From an archaeon (GTDB lineage Archaea > Asgardarchaeota > Thorarchaeia > Thorarchaeales > Thorarchaeaceae): 18,151 nt of DNA. Below, one piece after another: positions 7,217-16,444 of this stretch; positions within the stretch are counted from its first letter, which is position 1; each line of letters begins with the position of its first letter. The position numbers and the translations under genes were made by a program. The stretch lies in the NCBI GenBank assembly GCA_024276825.1, contig JAJRWI010000021.1, positions 1-18,151 on the forward strand, read 5' to 3'. The notes beneath the pieces are model-generated. The model saw only the letters and a list, made by a program, of their open reading frames with translations, was not told the DNA's origin and ran no database searches.

Positions 7217-7329
7217 ATTGTCACCCCAATAGTGACAATCCTATACTATGGTATGAAAAATAGATTTCCACAATAAATACCTGTCATCCTTGAATTACAG
7301 ATTTTTCATTTGTCACTCATCTCGTTACA
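7217..7329. promoter_or_regulatory. Repeated palindromic operator candidates TGTCAC-N7-GT[GT]ACA in the TrmB/ABC divergent promoter
   Basis: ATTGTCAC-N7-GTGACAAT (7217-7239) is perfect. TGTCAC-N7-GTTACA lies at 7311-7329 and a degenerate TGTCAT-N6-ATTACA at 7282-7299. A TATA-like TATATTTA is at ~7335-7342. Confidence 0.6.
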
Positions 7330-7363
7330 TCATCTATATTTATCATCCAATTACTATTTTAGA

Positions 7364-8329
7364 ATGGTGATAGTCCTGCCATTCATGGTTGAGATTCGGG
7401 ACTTGACCTTCGTCTATGATGGCCAAGTTAAAGCAGTAGATAATCTCTCATTCAACATTGAACAGGGTGAGATCTTGGGTCTTTTGGGACCTAATGGCGC
7501 TGGAAAGTCTACAACTGTGAAACTATTGATGGGCGTTCTGAAACCGACTTCTGGGAGCGTGAAAGTCGCAGGTCTTGAGGTTTCTGAAAATCTCGCTGAA
7601 ATACGACGGCGAATTGGATTTATGCCTCAAGAAACCGCTCTATATCATGAATTGACTGCTCAAGAAACTCTTGAGTATCATGCTGAGTTATATGGCGTTC
7701 CAAAGAATGAGATAGATGAAAGAATCTCAAGAATGTTGAAACTTGCAGGTCTGACTGACAGAAAGGATGACCTCGTTCGAACTTTCTCGGGAGGGATGAA
7801 GCGAAGACTGGCTCTGGTCAGGTCCATTCTGCACGACTCGGACCTTCTTATCTTTGACGAAATGAGCCTTGGAGTTGATGTGCAGAGCAGAAACCTGATC
7901 TGGAACAGAGTGCGTGATATGAAACGAGAAGGTCGTACCATTCTGTTTTGTACCAATTACATGGATGAGGCTGAAGCATTAGCTGATCGCCTGATAATCA
8001 TTGATCACGGTCGAATCATCACGGAAGGTACGCCCCGTGAGTTGAAGCAACAGCATGTTGGTGAATACTTGATTGAAGTAATGGTGGATGACTTTGAGCA
8101 TGATGAATTTTGGTTATCCCAAGAGATTGGATTAGATGTTGACAGTCTTGTAGTGGGCATGACTGGTTCAACTCTGATTACAGTAAAGAGTGACGATGGC
8201 CCCAAAGACCTGCCGCGTCTGATCACAGCCATGTCAAATGCCGGGGTCCCAGTCAAGCAGGTATCCATGCGTGAGCCCTCCCTCGATGATGTTTTTCTCT
8301 CTCTGACAGGTTCAAGACTGAGGGATTGA
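7364..8329 (+). CDS. ABC-2/DrrA-type exporter ATP-binding protein (start ATG 7364, CTG 7376 or ATG 7385)
   Basis: Walker A GPNGAGKST, Q-loop GFMPQE, signature FSGGMKRR, Walker B LLIFDE, and C-terminal PSLDDVFLSLTG..LRD. Confidence 0.93.
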   Translation: MVIVLPFMVEIRDLTFVYDGQVKAVDNLSFNIEQGEILGLLGPNGAGKSTTVKLLMGVLKPTSGSVKVAGLEVSENLAEIRRRIGFMPQETALYHELTAQETLEYHAELYGVPKNEIDERISRMLKLAGLTDRKDDLVRTFSGGMKRRLALVRSILHDSDLLIFDEMSLGVDVQSRNLIWNRVRDMKREGRTILFCTNYMDEAEALADRLIIIDHGRIITEGTPRELKQQHVGEYLIEVMVDDFEHDEFWLSQEIGLDVDSLVVGMTGSTLITVKSDDGPKDLPRLITAMSNAGVPVKQVSMREPSLDDVFLSLTGSRLRD

Positions 8330-9465
8330 CAATGCTAAGAGAACTCACAGCTGTTATCAAGAAGGACCTGCGACAGGCCAAGAGAGACCCTCGATTTGTG
8401 GCCCCATCTCTGATTGTCCCCTTTGTTCTATTGCTTGTATACTCAATACTTTGGACCTCAGTTGGAGGTGGCGAGTCATTCTATTGCGGTCTTGTAGTAC
8501 TTGATGATACGCCTCAAGCTGAAAACATGGCAGCAATAATAGAGAACATGCGTTCTACAACTAATCACACTTGGTTTTCAATACAGAGGTACAACAAATC
8601 TGAGGCTGAGCGGCTGTTCTCTGAAGGATCACTTATTGCATACATCCTAATACCTGAGGGTTTTGGAGATAATATATCGTCAGGAGAGAAAGCTAACATC
8701 ATCTTGTTCTGCAATAATATCAATGATGATGTTGTAAAGAACTATATCCATAGGGTGGAAGCGGCTGTATTACTATTCAATCAAGGGGCATATAGCCCAG
8801 ATTTCAATCAGACTGATGCTCCCATTGCAATAGAAGAGTCATACAGTTATTCACAAACTCCCGGTAACTTGGAATATATGGGTGCATCTGCCATTATGCT
8901 CTCTGTGATTGTCTGTGCGGTTGCGGGCCAAGCACTATCAACAGCTTCCGAGTTTGAGTCAAAGGCAATATACGAAACACTCAATTCTCCTAGTCCTAGG
9001 ACTGCGATAATCTTGGGTCATACTCTTGCATCAATTCCTAGAACTCTGCTAATCTTGTTTATTACACTTCCAATTGTCTATATCTCATTGGATGTTGTTC
9101 CAATCGGTAATCCAATAGTCCTGTTTCTAATCTTATTAATCACTATTCTTGCACTTGTCCCATTTGGAGAGATGATAGGAATCGTCACTAAAAAGCGCGA
9201 GCAGGCACTTCTGGGTTCTGTACTCTTTTCAGTTGTTTGCTTCTTAATGGGCGGTGGTCTTGCTCCTGTGGCAATTCTTCCAATCGAGTTTAGGATATTC
9301 TCAGTACTCCTGCCCATAACTCATTCTCTGACCCTCTGGAATCGAGTGTTTTTCTTGAACACCACAACTGGTCTAGTTTTTGGATTTACTGCGCTGGTAG
9401 CATTCTGGGTTCTGGGTACTATAGCAGTTTCATATATGACTGGACGGGAGGTTGAAAGATGTTGA
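8326..9465 (+). CDS. ABC-2 type exporter permease (ABC2_membrane_3-like)
   Basis: Overlaps the ATPase stop. N-terminal KKDLRQAKRDPR plus TM, an extracellular domain with IPEGF, E.E...YETL..P..R..IILG, and LPITH. About 6 TM segments. Confidence 0.9.
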   Translation: MTMLRELTAVIKKDLRQAKRDPRFVAPSLIVPFVLLLVYSILWTSVGGGESFYCGLVVLDDTPQAENMAAIIENMRSTTNHTWFSIQRYNKSEAERLFSEGSLIAYILIPEGFGDNISSGEKANIILFCNNINDDVVKNYIHRVEAAVLLFNQGAYSPDFNQTDAPIAIEESYSYSQTPGNLEYMGASAIMLSVIVCAVAGQALSTASEFESKAIYETLNSPSPRTAIILGHTLASIPRTLLILFITLPIVYISLDVVPIGNPIVLFLILLITILALVPFGEMIGIVTKKREQALLGSVLFSVVCFLMGGGLAPVAILPIEFRIFSVLLPITHSLTLWNRVFFLNTTTGLVFGFTALVAFWVLGTIAVSYMTGREVERC

Positions 9466-10649
9466 TCGCCCTTAGAGTACTGCAAGCCAGTATGACAAAG
9501 GAGATTAGAATCTGGAAACGCAGACCCCGCATGATAGCAATGATAATAATGCTCCCACTTCTCTTCTTGGGAGCATTTAGTATTCTAATGGGGGGTGTTT
9601 ACACAATGGGAATCGACGTTGCCCTAGTCGTTGAGGAAGAGCATCCTGGTTTCTATACCAACGCACTAATTGAAACTTTGAGTGAACCTGATCCGATTCC
9701 CCCGAGTCTTAGGTTGACTCAAATGGATGCAGAAACTGCAAACACTCTATTCCAAAATGGTGAGATTCAGCTTGTAATAATAATTCCTGCTGGATTCGAA
9801 CAAGCAATTAAGAACAATCAATCAACATCAATCATCCTGAAAATCAACAATGCACACGAAGACATGACAAAGAATTTACGAATGCCTGTCTTTCGAAAGC
9901 TGGATCAATTCTATCAAGAATATCTCCCCCAATCGGCTCCAGTTTCTTTTGAATATGTGCCCTATCAGGAGCACACATTTCCACGCCTTGCATATATGGC
10001 ATGGACATTATCAATTTACTCAATCATGTTCACATCACTACTCACAGCAGGATCATCAATGACACAAGAGTTTGAGAATGATACATTATGCGAGTTGATA
10101 ATGTCCAATCAATCACCTGTTTCAATTTATTCAGGAAAACTGATAGTAGCAGTGATGATCAGCCACATAGGTGTGCCACTGTTCTTCGCCTTTCCCTTCA
10201 TAGCTTATGGAGTATGGCCATTTGGCAATATCTTTGTCTTTCTGTCCCTCACAGTACCATTGGCATTGTTCAGCTCCTCACTTGGTCTAATGTTAGGAGC
10301 ATCACTTAGAAACTCGGTCTATGTCGTCCCACTTTCATCACTACTGGCCCTCTTTTATTGGTTTGGTGGTGGCGGAATTGCACCATTGATGCAAATAACT
10401 AATGGTCTTGATAGTCTGTTTCTGATATTCTCCCCCTTATCTAGTGTTTATAGGTCCGCTATTACCATGCTTATAAGTGGTGACTTGACATTCTATCTAT
10501 TTGACCTCGCCACAATTGGCGTTTTCTCAATGATTATGATGATTGTTGCACCTATTCTCACCATGAAGATTGCAGGCATTGATTATCATCGACTTCTCTC
10601 AAAACTCCTAATTGGCCAACACAGGATCGGAAGATCCCGAGTTACTTAA
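9459..10649 (+). CDS. ABC-2 type exporter permease, second subunit
   Basis: KEIRIWKRRPR plus TM, IIIPAGFE, QEFENDTLCEL...SP..IY.GK and GGGIAP. Overlaps the preceding permease. Confidence 0.9.
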   Translation: MLIALRVLQASMTKEIRIWKRRPRMIAMIIMLPLLFLGAFSILMGGVYTMGIDVALVVEEEHPGFYTNALIETLSEPDPIPPSLRLTQMDAETANTLFQNGEIQLVIIIPAGFEQAIKNNQSTSIILKINNAHEDMTKNLRMPVFRKLDQFYQEYLPQSAPVSFEYVPYQEHTFPRLAYMAWTLSIYSIMFTSLLTAGSSMTQEFENDTLCELIMSNQSPVSIYSGKLIVAVMISHIGVPLFFAFPFIAYGVWPFGNIFVFLSLTVPLALFSSSLGLMLGASLRNSVYVVPLSSLLALFYWFGGGGIAPLMQITNGLDSLFLIFSPLSSVYRSAITMLISGDLTFYLFDLATIGVFSMIMMIVAPILTMKIAGIDYHRLLSKLLIGQHRIGRSRVT

Positions 10650-10750
10650 ACACCCGTCAAATTAAAACGAAGCGGTCTAGAGAATCATCACTCTATTATA
10701 CTGGTTTTCTTTACCAATTGGCAGGCTTGACTCAAAAAGGAGCGAAGCAA

Positions 10751-12091
10751 ATGACTATGGATGAGACTTCAGATTCCGATGTTAGTACTGAAATAGAACC
10801 ATCTGAGCCTCGAATGCGCTGGGCCTACGTCTTTGCTATAGGCCTAGGGTTTTTCACAACCGGTGTGGCCTGGGATGTCTATGACAGTTATGTCCCAGCA
10901 ACACTACTGGCCCATTTCATAACTGGGGACTGGGCTAAGACAATCATTGGGTTCATTATGGTCATTGATAACATTCTTGCCCTCTTTATGCAACCCTATA
11001 TCGGTGCAAGGTCTGACAGAGTTAGAACCCGATTTGGCCGAAGGATGCCATTTATCATGGTTGGTGTGCCCATTGCCGCCCTGTTTTTCTCCCTAATGGC
11101 ATATGGATGGGCAATAGACAGCTTCTTGTTTCTAATGATTTCACTTACACTATTCAATGTGGCAATGGCTTTCTATCGTGCCCCCGTAGTTGCTCTGATG
11201 CCTGATGTTGTGCCATCGGTCCATCGCAGTAAGGCAAATGGAGTGATCAACCTCATGGGCGGTATTGGTGCAATCTATGCGTTTGCCATTACTACTCAGA
11301 TCTATAAAATTACTGACCCAGGGCTTGCAGCGATGTTTGGCATTGGAGTTGATTATATTGGCCCATTTCTTGCATTCTTCACATCATCAGTTATTATGGT
11401 AGTATCACTAATTCTTCTGTTTATAATTGTCAAAGAACCAAAGGTTCCTCCAGAAGATGTGCAGCGTGAGATAGGAATTCTTGAGGCTTTCAGACAGGTT
11501 TCATTTGCAGAAGACCGGTCTGCTATATCCATGCTACTTGCAATCTTTCTGTGGTTCTTTGGATACCACACCATGAAGACCTGGTTTACGACTTATGGCA
11601 ATCAGGTCTGGGGTTATGCAGTCCCCGATGCAACCTTCCTGCTGCTTGGGATGGCACTCAGCTTTGTGATATTTGCCGTTCCAGCAGGCTACATCGCAGG
11701 GAGAATCGGTCGTCGCAGAGCGGTCAATACAGGACTCATTGGAATGTTTGCCTGTCTGACTCTATTGATATTCATTCACTCTTACTGGGCCCAATTTGCA
11801 CTTCTCGCGGTTGCAGGCTTCTTCTGGTCTCTTGTGATAATTAACAGTATAGTGATTGTCTGGGAACTGTTAGGCAAAGCACGACTTGGTGTTGGTACGG
11901 GACTCTATTACATCTTTCAGATGGCTGCGGCAATCTTTGGTCCATTGATTGCAGGGGTGCTGTTTGACATATTTACAATACGCCTGATGTTCCCAATCGG
12001 TCTGCTGTTCATCGGTCTTGCATATGTCGTTATGCAGTCAGTCGAGAAAGGTGAAGTCGGCGATGAACAAATATCTGAAGTTGCCCAATAA
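10751..12091 (+). CDS. MFS transporter, sugar/GPH (SLC45/MalT-like) type
   Basis: AAGGAG SD before ATG 10751. Motifs QPYIGARSDRVRTRFGRRMPFI, YRAPVVALMPD..P...RSKANGVINLMGG and GYIAGRIGRRR. About 12 TM segments. Confidence 0.9.
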   Translation: MTMDETSDSDVSTEIEPSEPRMRWAYVFAIGLGFFTTGVAWDVYDSYVPATLLAHFITGDWAKTIIGFIMVIDNILALFMQPYIGARSDRVRTRFGRRMPFIMVGVPIAALFFSLMAYGWAIDSFLFLMISLTLFNVAMAFYRAPVVALMPDVVPSVHRSKANGVINLMGGIGAIYAFAITTQIYKITDPGLAAMFGIGVDYIGPFLAFFTSSVIMVVSLILLFIIVKEPKVPPEDVQREIGILEAFRQVSFAEDRSAISMLLAIFLWFFGYHTMKTWFTTYGNQVWGYAVPDATFLLLGMALSFVIFAVPAGYIAGRIGRRRAVNTGLIGMFACLTLLIFIHSYWAQFALLAVAGFFWSLVIINSIVIVWELLGKARLGVGTGLYYIFQMAAAIFGPLIAGVLFDIFTIRLMFPIGLLFIGLAYVVMQSVEKGEVGDEQISEVAQ

Positions 12092-12110
12092 TCATAAACA
12101 ATAGATTGAG

Positions 12111-12149
12111 ATCTCATCCATCATGGATGAGATTCCTCTCTCTTTTTTT
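12111..12149 (+). terminator. Intrinsic terminator-like hairpin plus U tract between convergent MFS genes
   Basis: ATCTCATCCA-TCA-TGGATGAGAT is a perfect 10-bp stem, followed by a pyrimidine run and T7. Confidence 0.7.
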
Positions 12150-12153
12150 CCCA

Positions 12154-13302
12154 TCACTCATTTCCAATTACTGAATTTTGCTGTTCGCTACATCCACTGA
12201 CGTTCAGGTGCTTGTTTAACCGCCTGCTTGACCCGATGAATATTGCAAGTGCAATAATGGACATCACAACCGCATTCATGATAATGGGATAGTATGATGG
12301 GACAATGGCATAATAGAATGCAGCAATAATTGGTCCCAAAACTGAAGAGATTGACATGACTGACGTGAGCAGTCCTGAGGCTGTTGACCTCTCCACATTT
12401 CTCTCTGTGACATACTTCAATGCACCCACATAAAGGCACGACCATGAAAATCCAAGCAGTATCTGAGCGGGAATCATCCCGATGTAATTTGTGATGAACA
12501 TGAACCAGCTGAAGGTCACTGCACTACTGATCAGTCCAACTATCACCAGTTTCTCACAATCAAACCTATCAGTGAGTCCAAGCATGAAAATGAACTGTGC
12601 AAAAGAATTCATGGCTTGGATTATCCCTATCATTAAGAGGTCTGCCCCCAACCATGCAAGGAACAGTGGCCAGTAGGTCCAGATTGCAAAGGCACTGCTA
12701 TGTCGAATCATGACTGCGAGATATACTGGATAGTTCCGTTTGATGGTCTCTATCGGAAACAATGGGACATCGATCTTCTTTCTGTATATTCTTGGTAAAG
12801 TCAGTGCACTGAAGAATGCAAGCATGAAGAACAGACCTGCAATCTCAAAGGCCAGTCTGATGTCAAACACAGCAGCATAACCAGTGACCAGAGTCCCAAG
12901 ACCCCAACCAAGGCTTCCAAAGGATGCAAACCGTCCCATCTTAACCTTTGACTCGTATGCATATGCAGCAAGAGCCCCAGGATAGATTCCAATGCTGAAA
13001 CCATTCAAGACCCGAATTACAAACAGCATCTCAGGACTCTGTGTGAACACAAGCAGAGTGAATGACATTGTGGACAATAGAAGGCCAAGATGTAATATCA
13101 CCCTCCGACCGACTATGTCCCCTGCCCTCCCAAAGAGGTAACTAGCAATGAATGATGCAATCCCATAGGACATCACTAGAAGGCTGACAAAGAAGTTGGT
13201 TTCCGATGTTTCACCCAACATGATCTTGGCAAGAATAGGAACATACGTGAATGAGGAGAGGATTGCAGCTCCCGCCATTGCCTGGATGATGTCCGTCTTC
13301 AA
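12154..13302 (-). CDS. MFS transporter (DHA1/MFS_1-like)
   Basis: TTG start with GGAGGGAG SD. Motif A GRAGDIVGRR, motif B IRVLNG, second-half LTDRFD. About 12 TM segments. Confidence 0.9.
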   Translation of the reverse strand: MKTDIIQAMAGAAILSSFTYVPILAKIMLGETSETNFFVSLLVMSYGIASFIASYLFGRAGDIVGRRVILHLGLLLSTMSFTLLVFTQSPEMLFVIRVLNGFSIGIYPGALAAYAYESKVKMGRFASFGSLGWGLGTLVTGYAAVFDIRLAFEIAGLFFMLAFFSALTLPRIYRKKIDVPLFPIETIKRNYPVYLAVMIRHSSAFAIWTYWPLFLAWLGADLLMIGIIQAMNSFAQFIFMLGLTDRFDCEKLVIVGLISSAVTFSWFMFITNYIGMIPAQILLGFSWSCLYVGALKYVTERNVERSTASGLLTSVMSISSVLGPIIAAFYYAIVPSYYPIIMNAVVMSIIALAIFIGSSRRLNKHLNVSGCSEQQNSVIGNE

Positions 13303-13437
13303 TGTTCTCCCTCCTTGTCAGCCTGCTGTATTATATTAAGATGATGAAGCGTTCAATATCTGCAAGTCATAACGAGGGCGCAAAAGTATTTCTTTGTATA
13401 ATCCAACATTAATACAAAACTGAACATGGTGAAATGA

Positions 13438-13833
13438 GTGGTATCTGCTAGGGTGAAATTCATAATCATAACCGTAGATGAGCTGATTCTAGTTCCTATT
13501 GCTATTGTTCTCGCTTACCTCTTTATTCCAGACCTTTTGATTCCAATCACTATTGTTGTGATAATAGGAGCAATCATATTTGTCGCAGTGAAATACTATC
13601 TTGTATATCCCACCCTCAAACAGACCTCCTCATACGAGCTCTATGAGATGATTGGAATTGTGGGTTTTGCCGTTGAGGATGTGACTTCTGTCTCTGGAAA
13701 GATTCGCGTGGGTTCTGAATTGTGGGATGCACGATCAAAGACCGGTGATATAATAGTGAAAGGCAGTAAGGCAAAAGTAGTGAGTCGGACTGGAATGAAA
13801 TTATATGTAGTTTCCTATGATCAAGACCAATGA
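13438..13833 (+). CDS. Short NfeD-family membrane protein (2 TM plus C-terminal OB-fold)
   Basis: GGTGA SD and GTG start. MIGIVG.AVED....GKIRVGSELWDARS....I.KG..AKVV...G.KL.V is the NfeD C-terminal motif. Confidence 0.85.
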   Translation: MVSARVKFIIITVDELILVPIAIVLAYLFIPDLLIPITIVVIIGAIIFVAVKYYLVYPTLKQTSSYELYEMIGIVGFAVEDVTSVSGKIRVGSELWDARSKTGDIIVKGSKAKVVSRTGMKLYVVSYDQDQ

Positions 13834-13927
13834 GTTAGTAATGGTTTCTCTTGAATGGCGTGACTGTACATCCCTCTGACAGCAACACTTTTGATTTGAT
13901 ACTCATCCAGTCAACACCTGACTATCA

Positions 13928-14908
13928 ATGATACTCATAGTACAGACCATAGTTGTCTTACTGATTGGTGTTCTTGCCCTTTTGCTCTCCTTGTATGGAG
14001 GCTATGTTTCTGCAGAGATCTCTTCATCTGTTCATGGCGATATGGAAAATCAGCATAGGGCAGAGCAATTGTATTATCTACTTGGGATGATAGCAGTCAT
14101 TGTTCTAGTAGCACGACTTCTCAATGTTCCCCTGTTCTTCTGGATGCTCCAATCTCTAGTCCCATATTGCCCCAGTGCGATGTGCGCCTATGGTGTTGTC
14201 AATGCGGGTACTCCATATTCTGAAATTGCTCTGATGTTGAAACTGTTTCTGCCATTCGTATATGGTTCATGGTTGACCATTGAGATGGCCAATAGAAGAC
14301 ACCCTGATCTTCCCCTACTAAAGCCCCTTGCGCGCTCATTCCTAACCGTCTTGGTCCCCCTAGTGATGATTGATAGTGCGGCGGATGTCTTACTAGTCAC
14401 AACACTGAAACCAATTGATGTTCCCTGTTGTTCAAGTGTCTATGATGTGAATCCCCCATTTTCGCCCTCAAGCCTGTTGGGATCTCAGTTTGGTTTCATT
14501 ATTGCAGTATTAACAATTGTCTTGACCCTTGCGCTTGCCACATTGCAATGGTTCGAAGCCAAACATCTAGCAATCAAGGTTTCAGTTGCCTTCATAACTC
14601 TTATAGTGCCTGTCCTCTATCTTGTCACTCTTCACGACACATATGCCCCTCTTGTTCTTGGACTATCAACACATCACTGCCCGTATTGCTTGTTTCAAGA
14701 GTTCCCAGACACAGCCTTCTTTACAGGGCTTTTTTGGCTTGGAGTCGCCGCATCTGGCTGGCGACTGACACTTGAGCAGGTATGGGGTAGACATAAACTT
14801 GCTACAGCAATGAATCGGTCCATACACATGTTTCTAATCAAGCTGTCATCGGTTTCACTGTTGTTCAGTATTGTCAGTATGATGACTCACCTCATCATTG
14901 CATTATGA
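13928..14908 (+). CDS. Uncharacterised ~8-TM membrane protein with CPSAMCAYG, PCCSS and HHCPYC motifs
   Basis: 326-aa hydrophobic ORF with three Cys/His clusters in loops. No SD, so possibly leaderless. Confidence 0.85.
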   Translation: MILIVQTIVVLLIGVLALLLSLYGGYVSAEISSSVHGDMENQHRAEQLYYLLGMIAVIVLVARLLNVPLFFWMLQSLVPYCPSAMCAYGVVNAGTPYSEIALMLKLFLPFVYGSWLTIEMANRRHPDLPLLKPLARSFLTVLVPLVMIDSAADVLLVTTLKPIDVPCCSSVYDVNPPFSPSSLLGSQFGFIIAVLTIVLTLALATLQWFEAKHLAIKVSVAFITLIVPVLYLVTLHDTYAPLVLGLSTHHCPYCLFQEFPDTAFFTGLFWLGVAASGWRLTLEQVWGRHKLATAMNRSIHMFLIKLSSVSLLFSIVSMMTHLIIAL

Positions 14909-14919
14909 ATCAAACTCTA

Positions 14920-16398
14920 TCATCTGACTCTCTTGAGATATATTATCACAATGACTGCAATAAAGGCAATCACGATAATACTCACAACGATGAGGTTGTT
15001 CGTTGGTTGCTGGGCAGGTGATGTTGTGGTTGTGATTAAGGGCTGCCCATGAGAATAATAGATGTCCATCTCATCGTTTCTTCCATCACTCCATACAACA
15101 TGAGGAATCCCTGATTGATCCACTCGTATTGTGCAGTAGTCTCCCGGTCTAGAGAAATCACTAGATGTATACTCGGTTGCTATGGGGATTGGATCAGTCA
15201 TCACCAGATTATCACGACCATCGCCTGTGAACTCTAGCATTCTGTAATAGGTCTTGTAAGTTCTGCCTCTCTCATCGTAATAGACTATGTGTAACCTGCC
15301 TTCTGAATCGATGTCCATATCAGGTTCCCATTGATCGCCTGCAATATCTGGATTGATCCGTATCCTATCACTCCAAGTTGCACCAAAGTCGTCCGAGTAT
15401 CGGAGGTATACATCAAATGAACCATTGTCTTTGTCGAATGTGTCAGACCATAGAATGTACATCCTTCCATCATTGTCAAAACGAATCACTGGAAGTGTCA
15501 ATTTGCTTGGTTTATCATTGATGATGGTGAAATGTGAGAAGTTTCCGTCATCATTCACAAAAACCCCATCACTCCAAGAGATCCCTCCATCCACGCTCTT
15601 CTTGAAGATGATGTTTCCACCAACCCCCATAAAGTAGGTGTATGCGACATACAGGTCATCATCATTTGATGTGATATATGGTCCCAAGTTCCCTGGATCT
15701 GGTTCCCCTATCACCGAAAGTTCTCTGAATGTTGGTCCCGCGTCGGTTGAACCGGTTAATCTGACGGTGGATGGCCCTTCTGATGATGAAGTATCAACAT
15801 CATCATATGCAACATAGATTGTCCCATTCTCAGTTATCGTCATGGTTTCCTTGTCGGCAAAGTAGTCCCCATACGATGCAACAACGGGAGTCCAGCTCGA
15901 GCCGTTGTCATAACTATGTGCGATAGTGATTTGTGAGAGATTGTCAAGGTTAAATTCAAGATATGCATAGTATAGAACATCATTGCTCCAGATAAGCCAT
16001 GGATCGGATTGCCTAGTCTGCAGACCTCCAATCATTGGCATGTCAATAGGATCTGTCCATGAGTTGCCCCCATCTTCGGAACGTGTGAAACTGACTCGGA
16101 CCCCTCCTCCCTCTGGAGTATATGCGTTCTTCCAGCCAACAAATAGCACTCCTTGATCTGATATCGTCAGAGTTGGTTCAACATGCTCTGGATAATTGTC
16201 ATCATTTGTCGATAACAACAGATTATCAGAAAACCTTTCAATCACAGAGAGCTGTGAGACCGCAAATGTCTTTTTTCCATTCGTCGCTGAATCATTACTG
16301 GTCTGGATTGGGAGAACTGGCATGCATAGAATAACAATGATCAAGAACGAAGCAAACACCGTTCTTATGTGAACAACTCTCATTGTAATCACATCCAC
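14920..16398 (-). CDS. Secreted, C-terminally membrane-anchored BNR/Asp-box beta-propeller (sialidase-like fold) protein
   Basis: N-terminal signal/TM segment. Asp boxes SEDGGNSW, SYDNGSSW, STDAGPTF, SVDGGISW and SDDFGATW. Thr/Pro linker, then a C-terminal TM helix with a KRVR tail. Confidence 0.85.
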   Translation of the reverse strand: MDVITMRVVHIRTVFASFLIIVILCMPVLPIQTSNDSATNGKKTFAVSQLSVIERFSDNLLLSTNDDNYPEHVEPTLTISDQGVLFVGWKNAYTPEGGGVRVSFTRSEDGGNSWTDPIDMPMIGGLQTRQSDPWLIWSNDVLYYAYLEFNLDNLSQITIAHSYDNGSSWTPVVASYGDYFADKETMTITENGTIYVAYDDVDTSSSEGPSTVRLTGSTDAGPTFRELSVIGEPDPGNLGPYITSNDDDLYVAYTYFMGVGGNIIFKKSVDGGISWSDGVFVNDDGNFSHFTIINDKPSKLTLPVIRFDNDGRMYILWSDTFDKDNGSFDVYLRYSDDFGATWSDRIRINPDIAGDQWEPDMDIDSEGRLHIVYYDERGRTYKTYYRMLEFTGDGRDNLVMTDPIPIATEYTSSDFSRPGDYCTIRVDQSGIPHVVWSDGRNDEMDIYYSHGQPLITTTTSPAQQPTNNLIVVSIIVIAFIAVIVIIYLKRVR

Positions 16399-16444
16399 TC
16401 AAGAAAGAGCCGCATTATTCCTATTATGCTTGCTACTGGCGCAA

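Noticed and set aside
7310-7363. N-terminal extension of the ABC ATPase from TTG 7310
   Set aside because: It overlaps the operator and TATA-like elements, and ATPase similarity begins near 7385.
10718-10750. TTG-start extension of the first MFS gene
   Set aside because: The AAGGAG SD supports ATG 10751.
13393-13418. TTTGTAT-N12-ATACAAA inverted repeat upstream of the NfeD gene
   Set aside because: Single AT-rich copy with no adjacent regulator, so it could be chance.
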